Source: Octopus sinensis (taxonomy: Eukaryota). Taken from it: a DNA stretch of 64,000 nucleotides. The first letter of the stretch is position 1; each line of letters starts with the position of its first letter. The notes under the pieces were generated by a model. The model was not told the DNA's origin. It searched no databases and was given only the letters and a program-made list of their open reading frames with translations. The position numbers and the translations under genes were made by a program. The stretch is taken from assembly GCF_006345805.1 (NCBI RefSeq), contig NC_043003.1:12586001-12650000 (forward strand), given 5' to 3'. Positions 13,711 to 25,779 of the stretch are shown here, in pieces.

Positions 13711-14539
13711 GCATGTGCACAAAACTTTCATATTTATTATGTTCTTTGATGATTCAGATTGTGTTACAATCTGGTACTAAAATACCAAGTCACATCTCTA
13801 CAAAATCTTATTTTGAGTTTTAGTAAAGATTTTTACCTGTGGCATTAATTAGAGAGTCAGAAAAAATATGAGAATGAAGTGCAGACAGTTACTTATGTAG
13901 GTGTTGAACCCCACAGATGTGATAAGATGAAGATAAGAGGCATTATCTTCTACTATAGCCTGTACATTCTGTATTGATTATGGAAATCCGATAATAAATT
14001 TGTACTCTTCCTTCTATTTCAATGATGATGATAACGTTTATTATGAGCCATATACATGCAAAATGTGGTATCAGATGGGATGACAGGAATAGCTGCAATA
14101 GCATCTACCTTTCAATAAAAACTAGGTTGTTTTGAAACCTTCCAAACATAACTAATCTACAGGAAAGTTGATCATGTAATATATTTATAAGGGTCTAAAA
14201 TATCCAGGTAAATCCTGTTACAGTAAAATACTAGATGTCTCATATTCACTTCAGTGATAATCCAGAGGAAAACTTGAAGCTCGTGTAAATTAATATCAGT
14301 ATCTAGATTCACTTCTACTTAATCTAAATATCAATGAAAGTACATGTACTTCACACAGCTTAGAAGTCAAAAAGAGGAGGAGAATTAAGAGTATTAACAT
14401 CAGACAATTGGTGAGGTATGTTACAACTGGAGTGAGATCTTTATATATTAGTGTACCATGCTGTTTCTCAAGTGTGGTGACAGATGTACCTAATTATAAA
14501 ATCTTGTATGTTATCCATCTGTTCATTTTCTCCACCATC

Positions 14540-14922
14540 TATTCTTGTGAAGGTTATGGGAGTAGACTCTTCAGGCAACTCCTCCGTTCCCAAGCATGAC
14601 CATCCTGGACTAAGGTTATTATCCAGCCATCTCATTCTTGGTCTAGGCCTCTTGCTGATTGGCTTGGCTTGAGGAATCTGTCTTGCTATCCTTTCTTGTG
14701 TTCTAATCACATCTGTTGGAGCTGTGACTGCTCTTTGCAGATAAGTAGCAGTTTGGCTTGGAGAGACTCACTGAGCTACACACCTTCTCAAGTAGCATGG
14801 TACCCCAGAGACCCCTCTGAGGAATCCCATTTCAGCCACATGTATCTGCAATAGTACTCCTTTTTGTCATTACTCATCATTCATGACCATAGATGAAGAT
14901 AGGTACGAAAACTGAATTAAAG
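14540..14922 (-). mobile_element. RTE-clade (Expander/Rex3-like) LINE 3' fragment, decayed
   Basis: Minus strand reads FNSVFVPIFIYGHE..VMTK...AEMGFLRG...KRPRPRMRWLD, typical of the post-RT region of RTE elements, with stops and frameshifts. Confidence 0.75.
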
Positions 14923-17015
14923 AATTGTCCGTTATCAATATCAAATTAGCAAGTAAAATTGCTTGTGTCAGTCATATCACTTGCATGGACTTAGTAACCA
15001 ATGTGTGTGTACTTGTGTATCTTTTGTCTTTTACTTGTTATAGTCATTGTACTGTGGCCAAGCTGGAACGTTGTCATGAAGGGTTTAGCAATCACTAAGT
15101 TACAGGGACATAAACAAATCGACATGGGTTGTCAATGGTGCGGAAGGACCGTACGCACACATACACACCTATATACATATATGTACACACATATACATAC
15201 ATACATAGTAGGATTTCACACAGTTGCCATCTACCAAATTCACTCTCAAAGTGTTAGTTGGCCCAGAGCTCTAATAGAAGACACCCAAGGTGCTGCGAAG
15301 TAAGACTGAACTCGAAACCACATGGGTGCCAAGCAAGCTTCTTAACCACACAGCCATGCATGTGTCTATAAATTTAAAGCTTTTAAATAAAAGGAAGATG
15401 GTATTTTTTTTTTTCTTTTATTCTTTTTCTCTTCTATAGACCATGTAGTCTTTTCTTCTGTTTGGTATTCTTCTGATAATCCTATAGAATGCTTTAGGAA
15501 GTTTCACTGTACTTCTGCAACTTGACCACAGGTGCGGTCCCACGGTGGTGAAATTGTATCTGTAGCCCAGTTGCAGAAGTGTACCTTGGAAGGTAACTTG
15601 GACAGAATTCTTGACTGATCAGTGAATTCTCCAATAACTAATGTTGGTGGTGATGGCCATGTTGCTTTAGAGCTCTTTCTACCTGCCTTAAGTTTACAAT
15701 GCCTGTGTGTTTGCTTCAATCAATAAATAGTACAGATTTTTTTTTTATTTACTTTTCCTGTTTATATTTTTTCGAACAAATAGGAAATATTTCATCTATT
15801 GAAAGCTCTGACATTTTTTCTTATTTTTTCCAAATGCATTTTAACTGCTGAGTATATATATTCTTCTTTTGATGATATCTAGAAGCATGTTTTCTTTCTC
15901 AAATTTATTTTTACACTCTCTCTCAGTTCTCTGTTTGTTTGTTTGTGTTTTCTTAAACTTTTTTTTTATTTATTTGTTTTTTGTTATGGTTGAAGGGAAA
16001 CATTCTTTTCTCCATTTTTTTTCTCCTTTTATTTATTTATATTTTCTACTTTCCTGATCTAAATATCTGTAAATTTTCACTGGATTTATATCTTCTACTC
16101 TAAAAGTTTGAATTTTATTTTTATTTTCCAAAAGATTTTTCTTCCTTCCTTTTTTTTTTTGTTTTTTGTATCTAATTTGTATTTTCCTCTCAGTAAACCT
16201 TCTATTTTCTTCTTTCTTATTTAGCTATTTTGGGTTTCTCTGTTATACATAGTGTTTAGTGATATATTATATATTATGAAATTTATCTCGTTTTTACTTT
16301 ATTATTATTATTATTAACATAAAACATTCGGTGATATTATTTTTTATAAACATTGAAATCTTTTAAAATACACTTAGTGTTGTTTGTTAACGCGTATATG
16401 TTTTTATATATACGTATATATATATATATATATAGTAAAACATGCACATACATGTATGTACACAATATATATTCATTCATAGATACCTGCATATATGTGT
16501 GTGTATCTACACACACAGTATTATATATACATAGACACTTGCATATATATATATATGTTGGTTGTTTATTTCTTGTAGTTTCAACCCCTTACCATATTGC
16601 AAGATAAAAATATTCTACAATATTTAGTGATATCTGGTTGGAATAATACACATAGTTTTATAATACTATTGCTAAGTTGTATTAGACAATGGTTATTATG
16701 TTGTATAGAGAAGTTGCAAATTGCCAATATTTTATTCCATGCAAAGAAAACTAGCACGTTTATTGTTTCTTGCCAATACTCTTAAGATTGAAAGCATCCT
16801 TACACAAATGAATGATTGTATGCATGCTTGTGTATATTTCACACACACACACACACACTGTTATTTAGCATTTAAACCAGCTCTATTCAGTCCAAATATT
16901 CCACTTGTTTCATATTCAACCTGGCCAGATCTGGTCTTTCGCACCTTCTCAACAATGTCATTCTGAAGATAATCACTTCATCAAGATCTCAAAGCTATGA
17001 GGTAATGCATGGTTA

Positions 17016-17810
17016 AGCCTTTTGTAACAGTTCTACTGGGCACTCTATTCCAATTTCCTTTATATTCCTCTTGATGCCTACTGATACTGTTCCCCAGGAC
17101 CCAACAATAATTGGCACCATCTTCATTTTCCATAACCAAGCTATTTTGTATTTAAGAGGGTTGTATTTATCTATCTTTTCGTCTTCCTTCTTGACTATTT
17201 ATGGGTCAAAGGGGCATGCAACATCAACTATATAGCACATATAGTGCATTTTGTCCACCACCACTACGTCTGCTCTGTTATACTCTAGCACTTGATCTGT
17301 TTGGATTTGGACATCCCAGAGGACTTTAGTAGTCTCTGTGATTTGTGCTCACACCATGTCTTGCCTCTCTAGCCCCCATTTTTGGCACAGTTTCCAATGT
17401 AACACTTTCACTACTTGATCATGTCAACACAACTTGTAGCAGTTTTGGGCAAGTCTAGGGCATTCATTCATGATATGGGCAAGGGTTTCATCCACTCAAT
17501 TGCAGATGTGGCACAGCAGAGTCACTTGCTCATTCCTAAGGTTGACCTTCCAGTTTGTGGCCAAAGCTTGATCTTGTGATGCCAGCATAGTGCAGTTGGT
17601 CCTTTTTTTTTTTAAGATTCCTTTCATCAGCCAATCCCACCTACTTTTTCCAGCAACTTCTGTTGTGGCTGCATGGAATTTATTATATAGTCCCTTCTTG
17701 TGTCATTCTTTTTCTTGTCCTTTTTTGCACTTCTTCCTTTGTTTTCCCTCTTTTCTCTGCTCTCAATATTCCCTTGTTCTTAACTGTCACCAGCAAGGTT
17801 TCCTTATTTT
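17016..17810 (-). mobile_element. R4/Dong-like non-LTR retrotransposon fragment (CCHC finger and restriction-like endonuclease)
   Basis: Minus strand reads ASQDQALATN...CHIC..DETLAHIMNECPRLAQ...LWDVQIQTDQVLEYNRADVVVVDK...DVACPFD...EKIDKY...VPIIVGSWGTV. Confidence 0.85.
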
Positions 17811-17864
17811 GGGTTAGGTATCTCATTAAGTTCTTGTGTTTGATAAATTATTATTATTATTGCT

Positions 17865-18490
17865 GCAGCTGCTGGACAAAAAGCTTAGCAGCATTTCATC
17901 TGTCTTTATGTTCTGAGTTCAGATTCCACTGAGATTGACTTTGCCTTTCATCCTATTGAGGTAAAAAAAACAAATAAATAAGTACCAGTTAAGCATTGGG
18001 GGGTGGGGGTCAATGTAATTTACTTCTTCCCCTGAAATTATTGGCCTTGTGCCAAAATTTGAAACCATTATTATTATTATTAAGGCGGTGAGCTGGCAGA
18101 ATCATTTGTGGACAAAATGCTTAGCAGTATTTTGCCCGTCACTACGTTCTGAGTTCAAATTCCGCCAAAGTCAACTTTGCCTTTCATCCTTTCGGGGTTG
18201 ATAAATTAAGGCCCAGTCAAGTACTGGGGTTGATGTAATTGACTATCCCCCTCCCTACAAATTCTAGGCCTTGTGCCTATAGTAGAAAGGATTATTATTA
18301 TTATTTTTGTTTTTTTTTCTTTTTTCATTTGCCTTTATGTTCTGAGCTCAAATTCAGCTAAGATCAACTTTGCTTTTCATCCTTTCAGAGTTGACAAAAT
18401 AAGGACCAGTTGAGCATTAGGGCTGACCTAATCGACTTACCCACTCCCCCAAAACTTGCTGGCATTGTGCCAAATTTTGCAACCATCATT
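17865..18490 (+). mobile_element. Head-to-tail array of family A SINEs (tRNA-like head; Deu/Nin-like core GCCTTTCATCCTTTCGGGGTCGATAAA)
   Basis: About three co-oriented copies separated by (TAT)n. Confidence 0.8.
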
Positions 18491-18531
18491 ATCAACATCA
18501 TCTTTATTATTATTATTATTATTTCCTGCAG

Positions 18532-18649
18532 CACAATCAGAAATTGCAACAGACGATGAAGATGTCATTGGGCGCCATGGCAACGTTCACAATAGATTAC
18601 ACCACACAGACAGTGGCAGATGGAAAGGTTTCAAACGATTCATCGGCAG
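18532..18649 (+). CDS. PPFIBP1: Liprin-beta coding exon B: (A)QSEIATDDEDVIGRHGNVHNRLHHTDSGRWKGFKRFIG(R)
   Basis: ttcctgcag acceptor and AG|gtaaaa donor. Phase 1 in and phase 2 out fit the neighbouring exons. Resembles SAPNLAETE...GIMKLFGKLRRS of liprin-beta-1. Confidence 0.85.
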
Positions 18650-19989
18650 GTAAAAAAAAAATGCTCCTGAAACATTTTTTTATTGTTTTTAAATTTTTTT
18701 TTTTTTTTTTTTAAATTAAACCACAAAATAATTTTCCTTTTTGTATGTGTGTGCAGTTCCTTTAAATATTACATCTTAGCACCATGCTCTGCACTTAAAT
18801 TCTGCAATCTCCCTGTGTCTTGCATGGACTCAGGATATTCTAAAATTTCAACTGCAATTTTTACAACTTCAGCAAGCTATTGTTACTTGTAATCTTATTC
18901 TTCTCATTAGCAAGTTTTCCTCTACTTGACAACTAAAGAAATAATCAGACTTTTAGGAATTGTAAATACTTCAAATTATATTACAATTCTTTTTTTAAAT
19001 ACTTTTTTTTTCTAATATTTAAATCTTGTATCGTACATAACCTTTCGAAAATTTTAACGTAACTATCATGTAATGTCTTTAACGTGTTATTGCTAAATTC
19101 TTTTTTCAAGAATATGTTTTAATTAATACTTATTTTATTGCCTTCCAAGATAAATGCTTTTACTGGCAGGTTTGTAGCTTTGACTTTAAATTAAAAAATT
19201 TCAGGGAAGTTCATTTTAACATAGTTCTCTCTTTCCTACATTCAAACAAGTATATTTGTTCATTTTTATGTCCATTTTTCTGTGCTAGATGAACACATTG
19301 AGGCATTGTTTTACAGTCGGTTGTTCTTCTTCTTGCTAATCCTTGCCTGTTTAATTCCACACTTCTTTCAAAGCGCAGAGATAGTAAATGATTCGTTCAC
19401 AGAAAATTGTCAAGATTCACCATTCGTAGTAAAGCACAGAATGTAGGCCTTCACACAGACACAAACATGTGCACACACATATACACATGCGTGTGCACAC
19501 ACACATGCACATTGGACTTCATAGAATTGTCATCTACCAAATTCACTCACAAGGCATTAGTCAACCACAGTCTACAGAGAAGTCACTTGTCCAAGGTGCT
19601 GTGTAGTAGGATTGAACCAAAGGCCATTTAGTTGAGAAGTAACCTTCTTAACCTCATAGCCATACCTGCACTTTATACATCACAATTTCCAATTGTATTT
19701 CTAAATCTGTGTATATGTTTAGAGATTAAAGTATTCATAGTGTATTTGTGTGACAAATTATATGACCTTCATATGATCTTGATTCAGTTTGACTCATTAG
19801 TACTTCGTTTAGAACAGAAATTATACTTATGAAAATTATAGTACTATTTATGTAACAAATCTGTCCTCTTGAAAACTTGAAATTTTTGTATGCATTTTAA
19901 GTGATATGTTCTAATAATCTGACGGAAAGATTAGGTTAATCAAGTCATTTATAATCCTTATTATTTCTCTATCTATTTTCCATACCTGT

Positions 19990-20660
19990 ATGGGTTAGGA
20001 GAATCCCACCACTTCACTACCATCCATCTCATTGTTAGTTAAGGAAATTGTGCTATTATCATTTCAAATATGCTTTTCCCCAACAACATTTTAGTTCATT
20101 CTAAAACACTGTCTTGCAATTCAAAATGTCTCATGCCTTTAACCCTCCTCACATTGAACACCAGCAAACCTCCTCCTTTCAACATCTTCCTATGCCATAT
20201 ACATTTATTATCTGTGTTCTCTTCCAGTAAGGTGGCAAGCTGGCAGAATCATTAGCACGCTGGGCAAACAGTATTTCACCCATCTTTATGTTCGAGTTCA
20301 AATTCTGCTGAGGTTGACTTTTCCTTTCGTCCTTTAGGGGTCAATAAAATAAGTACCAGTTGAGCACTGGGGTCAATCTAATAGACTTACTCCCTCTCCC
20401 TGAAATTGCTGGCCTTGTGCCAAAAGTTGAAATCTATCTTCTCTCCCTGTGATTTAGTATTCCTTGTTGCTCTTTACTTTCTTCCATTCATTCCAGACCT
20501 GTTTTGTAGCTTTTTCTTCTCTATCCACAGTGGTATTCCAACATCGTGTTACTTTCCATTTAGCTGGTGCCTTGCTCCTGCTACAGATCTGGTCTGTATC
20601 TTTCAGCAAGATTTCTGTCATCTCATTCACTTCATCATATGCATCATCTAGAATCATTCT
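19990..20660 (-). mobile_element. LINE (probably RTE) ORF2 linker fragment interrupted by a family A SINE (about 20230-20432)
   Basis: TRCWNTTVDREEKATKQVWNEWKK resembles the WWN..V....K...W motif between the endonuclease and RT domains. Confidence 0.55.
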
Positions 20661-23600
20661 GAAAATATATATATATATATATATAATTGAGGGATGCTTT
20701 AAGTTCCTTACTTTCCTTCTCCAGACTCTGAGTTCGTTTAAGTTTTATTTTGACGTCACTAATTGGTAGCAGAGGCAGATGTTGACTCCAACAGTTCTAG
20801 TCAAGGCTACCCTTTCACTCTGAGTAAAAACTTAATGTGAAGAAGACACTTTAAGTCCTTGAAGGTACCCTCTGTTGTGCTGGTACCTTGAAAAATAAAT
20901 GCACCCAGTCCACACTGTAAAATGATCAGTGATAAGAAGGCCATCCAGCCTGTGAAACAATGCCAATTTCATTCAAAGCTCCAACTCAGTGATTATAATA
21001 TATTTCAAAGTTAGTTACATATCTGTTTCTAATTAAATAATTATTTCCCTATATGTAATTACTTAGTTTCAAAGTTGGAATGTCTAAGTAGAAAATTGTA
21101 GAGTGAGGACTTGCTATAATCTATGCTTTATTTTTCTGAATTCCACACAAGTAAAATCTGTGTTGTTTTCAGTAATTAAGACATTTCTGTGTTGCATGGC
21201 TTTTTGTTATTCGGATGGAGCATGTATTCACTCCTAATGCTTGTATAAAACCATTGTTTTCAAATGATGGTTTTATAGAAGCATATTTTTGAAACAAAAC
21301 CACAAAATCAAAATATTTTCATTTGCTTGTTTTTTTCTGTCAGTGTTTTGATATTATTTCATCTAACAAAAATATTTCTATCTACAAGGTACAATGAGAA
21401 CTTTCATTGTATTCTTTTAGAATAACAAAGGAAGAAATCTGTTTATGTTTTATGAAAAATAACACTTTCTTTTGCTTTTCAGTTGTGTTTTTCAAGAAAC
21501 TCAAGGATATGAAATATGTATATATTATTTCATCTAGGTGGTCATCATAGGAATTCAAATCACTTCAACTTCTGTTGATATATAGAATCTATTCTGCATT
21601 GACCAAATATAGGAAAAACAATTTACCCATCATCTTATGTATGCTGTTCCATACTTTATAACTAAACATCTCTTATCTAATGTGTTTGATGCAAACTGAA
21701 TTTCTCTACTACTGATCCGTATAGAAGATTTGTATGCCACTTGCCTCTTTCTATACTAATATTGTTGGAAAATGAAGTAGATGCATTTTTGGTATTTACT
21801 TCCCTTGGCATCTTGTTACAAAGCTATTGTTAAAATCTCATCATTGGTTGCTGACTTGTGAAATAGAAAGAACAGTGTTCTCAAAATCAAATCCTGACAG
21901 GCTTGGCTGAAGTTTTTCATTAGCATCAAGAAAGTATACAGCAATAGTAACTAAATAGTTGTCTTAAATAGGCATATATATATATATATATATGTCTCAG
22001 ATCAACATTTTATACATATGAAATAAGCCTTTATATCTTAGTTGGGGTTAAAACGATGGCTAGTATTTGTTTGACGATGATGTGTAATGAAGAAATATTG
22101 TATATTCGAGCAACAGCAATAAATTAAAGATATAAATTATTTTAATGCTTTCGACAGCCAGTCATAATTAACAAGAACATTAATAATAATTATAATTTTG
22201 TCTTGCATTCAATACCAGCAAGGATTTAAATTTAATTTCTAATAATCAAAATCTTTTCAAAAGTTATGAGGCTTCTTCTTGTTAAACATAATTAAAAAAA
22301 TCACAGAAGTTGACATAAATCAGCTGTGTGAGCTATCACTTATTGCTGTATTTTAAACAGAATTATACATTTCCTCAGTGAATAGCGACCATATATGAAT
22401 ATGTTTCCAACAAATTTGTTGCGTTGAACTGATATTTTCATTTGTTTAGTTATCAGTGAAGTATTAACCTGTTTACTATTCTCTAATCTACTAATGCTTC
22501 TTCAACTTACACCGTTAAGCTAATCACAATAATTACGTTTCACATTGATATTAGTAGTAATAATCTGTAGAGATTTTTACAGCTGAAATCTAATCGAGAA
22601 CATAACAGTATTTTAATCTAACCGATGATGATGGTGGTGGTAGTAATAATGATAATAAATATAATATGATAACGATAACTGATGATGATAATGATAATAG
22701 TAATGATCATTATAAGTTTAGAACTTATGGTTCTTAAATGAGAAATGGTAAAGGTAGTAATAATTTGATTGAATTGAGGATTGATTGATTGATGATGCTG
22801 TGAATGATTGTATATTCATGTAATTTGTGTGTTTGTGTGCATTGTTAGAAACATCATTTAGTTTCCATCATTTTTTCTGACCATAATCAAAACATTCTAT
22901 GCTGGAATGCTTCTCTACCATTGACTGTTCACAAGAGCATTTTTACTGATTCAGATATCATTTTAACCCATTCATTAACTCTTCTCCTACCCTCGAGGTT
23001 CATTTATTTCTGGGTCATTCATGCTATGTGCAATTCACCTTTTTATTTCATTATCTACATTTCTAGCACCTTGCCCATTATTTACTGTCAGTTTAATTTA
23101 GTGCTCTGCCCGTAATAGATATCGCTCTTTCACTCTTGGTTGCTTCCTCTAAGTTATTTTTACCCCAAAGGAATCTTTATATTCTATCCTCATACGTACA
23201 TGTGTAAACATGTACATGCGCAACACATCTGAGCATCAATGAAATACTGTATAATTAAAAAGCTAGAAGATAGTAAAAATCTTTTATTATATAATTTTAA
23301 AACATATATATATATATATAACTATATGGTTATTAAATGAGAAACAAAACTGTTGCAAAAATTATTGCCACATTGGTATGGGTATGTTCAAACTATTTTA
23401 TGTTGTGGAACTAAAAATATACTGTTTTTAATTGTTCCATATTTTAGATTTCGAAAACTATCCCATATTCTTTACTTTATCACTATATTACTATGATCAT
23501 TTACCGACACTCATATTTTATATATTTTCACATATAATCAAAGATGTATTCATTATTAATTATTCCCCCCCCCCCACTTCATATCTAAAGTTAATAGAAT

Positions 23601-23741
23601 GTAATCACTTAAAATTATGATTTAAATTTCCCTAATTAAACAGGGACCAACGACAAAAATGGTTTCTCTGTATTTCAATGTTAAATGTAGGATCGCTTAT
23701 TCAAGTTTTAGATTATTTATTGGTGATACACCATTATTTGT

Positions 23742-24090
23742 ATTAAACCCTTCACTCCCTTGGGAGCAAAGACCATTGATAACTTTTCTCTGCTGTTCTT
23801 GACTCTGAAAAACATTTCCCTGACAGGTGACCTTCTGCTCCCAAGTTTTGTTGGTTTTGAATTACCATCAATACTTCTGTAATCTTGGCTTGTTTCTAGG
23901 TAGGGGTGTTGGTCTTATGCAAGCCCATTTTTAGCTCTATGAAGACCTGGTCCATATTAATCTGGCCTCTATCCTTTGACCTGTCCAGTATGGGTGGCCC
24001 TACCAGGAGCTTGTGCTCTGCTAGCATAGCTCTCTGGGATCATTGAGGTACCCAAGCTACCACACCACAACAAGGACTGGACCTTGTGGT
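23742..24090 (-). mobile_element. Short non-autonomous RTE derivative (5' UTR joined to 3' end)
   Basis: Minus strand CCTTGTTGTGG...CTCAATGATCCC...GAGCTATGC...GGTAGGGCCACCCA...GACAGGTC resembles BovB/Expander 5' ends. It terminates TGCTCCCAAGGGAGTGAAGGGTTTAA, an RTE-like 3' end. Confidence 0.65.
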
Positions 24091-24770
24091 GATGATATGT
24101 CAGTGATTACCTTAGATTAATACTAGTTTTAGTCCTACCACTACATGATATCAAACTGTTAGACCGTAATGTATATGACTCTTTAAAGCAAGATTGGGAC
24201 TCGTTTAAAAAGAGTATCGTTTGTTATATACTTTTGATAACAAATTCAAGTGATGAGACAACAACATCTAATTACTTTAGAGCATATTGCTTGGTTGTTG
24301 TTTTTAACGTTAAGATAATTTTGAACTCGTCAGCTATCGGTTCAAAATTCATTTCATATTTCCTGGACAATAAATGGACACATGTGATTTAATCAATGTT
24401 TAGGTCAATCGTAATATTTTTATAAAATAAGTGTCACGTGACTAGGAAAATTTAATTAAGCACATTAATTGGATGAAATAGAACAAGAGACTAAAAATTA
24501 TTATTTCATGTGGACAGTTAATGAAATGTGAATTTCAACAAGTCTCTCAGTGAGGTAAATTCCAAGTTTGTAATATATATTCAAAAGTAATGTGGCATAT
24601 TTTACCCTTATCAACTCTTGTTACTCTAAATAAAATTAAATCTATCACATATTTAATATTACATTTAAATATTTGTATTCAGTGGTGCATTTAGACATAC
24701 TCTTGATTGAGCGCTTAACATAGATTACCCAAAGAAATAGGTATATTTACCCTGTTTATATGTATGTGAA

Positions 24771-24827
<57 letters not shown>

Positions 24828-24957
24828 TATTTTCAGCATGGTGGTATCTCGTAGATACCCTAATTTATAATTTTAATAATTATTACCTTGGAAGGTTATT
24901 TTTCCCATGCTGGCCACTTGATAAAATCATTATTTTATTTTAAATTAACGATCTTAT

Positions 24958-25000
<43 letters not shown>

Positions 25001-25659
25001 TTACATACATTATATCATACCTTGATACTGTATGGTCTGAGACCCATCACTGACAGGCCCCTTATATTAAATGAATTGTTAAACAGTAATGGTATGCAAA
25101 TTAGTAGCTCCAGTTTTCTTTAGCTTCTGGATTTGTTGAGTATATAAACAGAATGGCTATTTGTTTCTCTGGCATTGGTCAGTTTGATAAGAGCGCAATA
25201 CAGTTTGAAAATTGATTAAGGCTGTTCATCACTTTTTTCAATCTACGGAGAAATAGCTAAATTTTCCCTGTTTATTCTATAGGTTACATATCTAATACAC
25301 TGATTTTGTGTGGTTTTTATAGAATGGAATACAGTAATAGATATTTTACATCATACATGCTTTAAATTTAGTACTTATTACAGCCAAATGTTGATGTAAA
25401 TATTCAAACAGTTGGTTTAAATCGAACCAGGGAGTTTATTTTAACAGAAGGAAAGGAAAACATTCAGATTTTTTTTCACAGTTTGAGTTAAAGTATTTTG
25501 GGTTGGGCCTCTCCAGCAGTGGTGACCAGTGATAGTAGTGGATGAATTAACCAGTTTTCTTGTGATCAGTCAAATTCTGAAGACTTCCTTATGTTGGCAA
25601 ATGCTGGAAATAACAACAAGCCTTTGGATACCTATCGAAGAAAACGACTTCTGTTTCAG

Positions 25660-25779
25660 ATTAAAACGAAGCAGTTCTCAAGACTTTGATGGTGACATGA
25701 ATGAAGAATTTAGGCGTGGAGGTATTCGGGCTACAGCTGGGGCACGGCTGGCCTGGTCGAAAGATTTAAAAATAAACCA
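25660..25779 (+). CDS. PPFIBP1: Liprin-beta coding exon C: (R)LKRSSSQDFDGDMNEEFRRGGIRATAGARLAWSKDLKIN
   Basis: ctgtttcag acceptor and CA|gtaagt donor. EFRRGGIRATAGARLAWS matches the liprin signature EFKRGGTRATAGPRLGWS. Confidence 0.95.
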
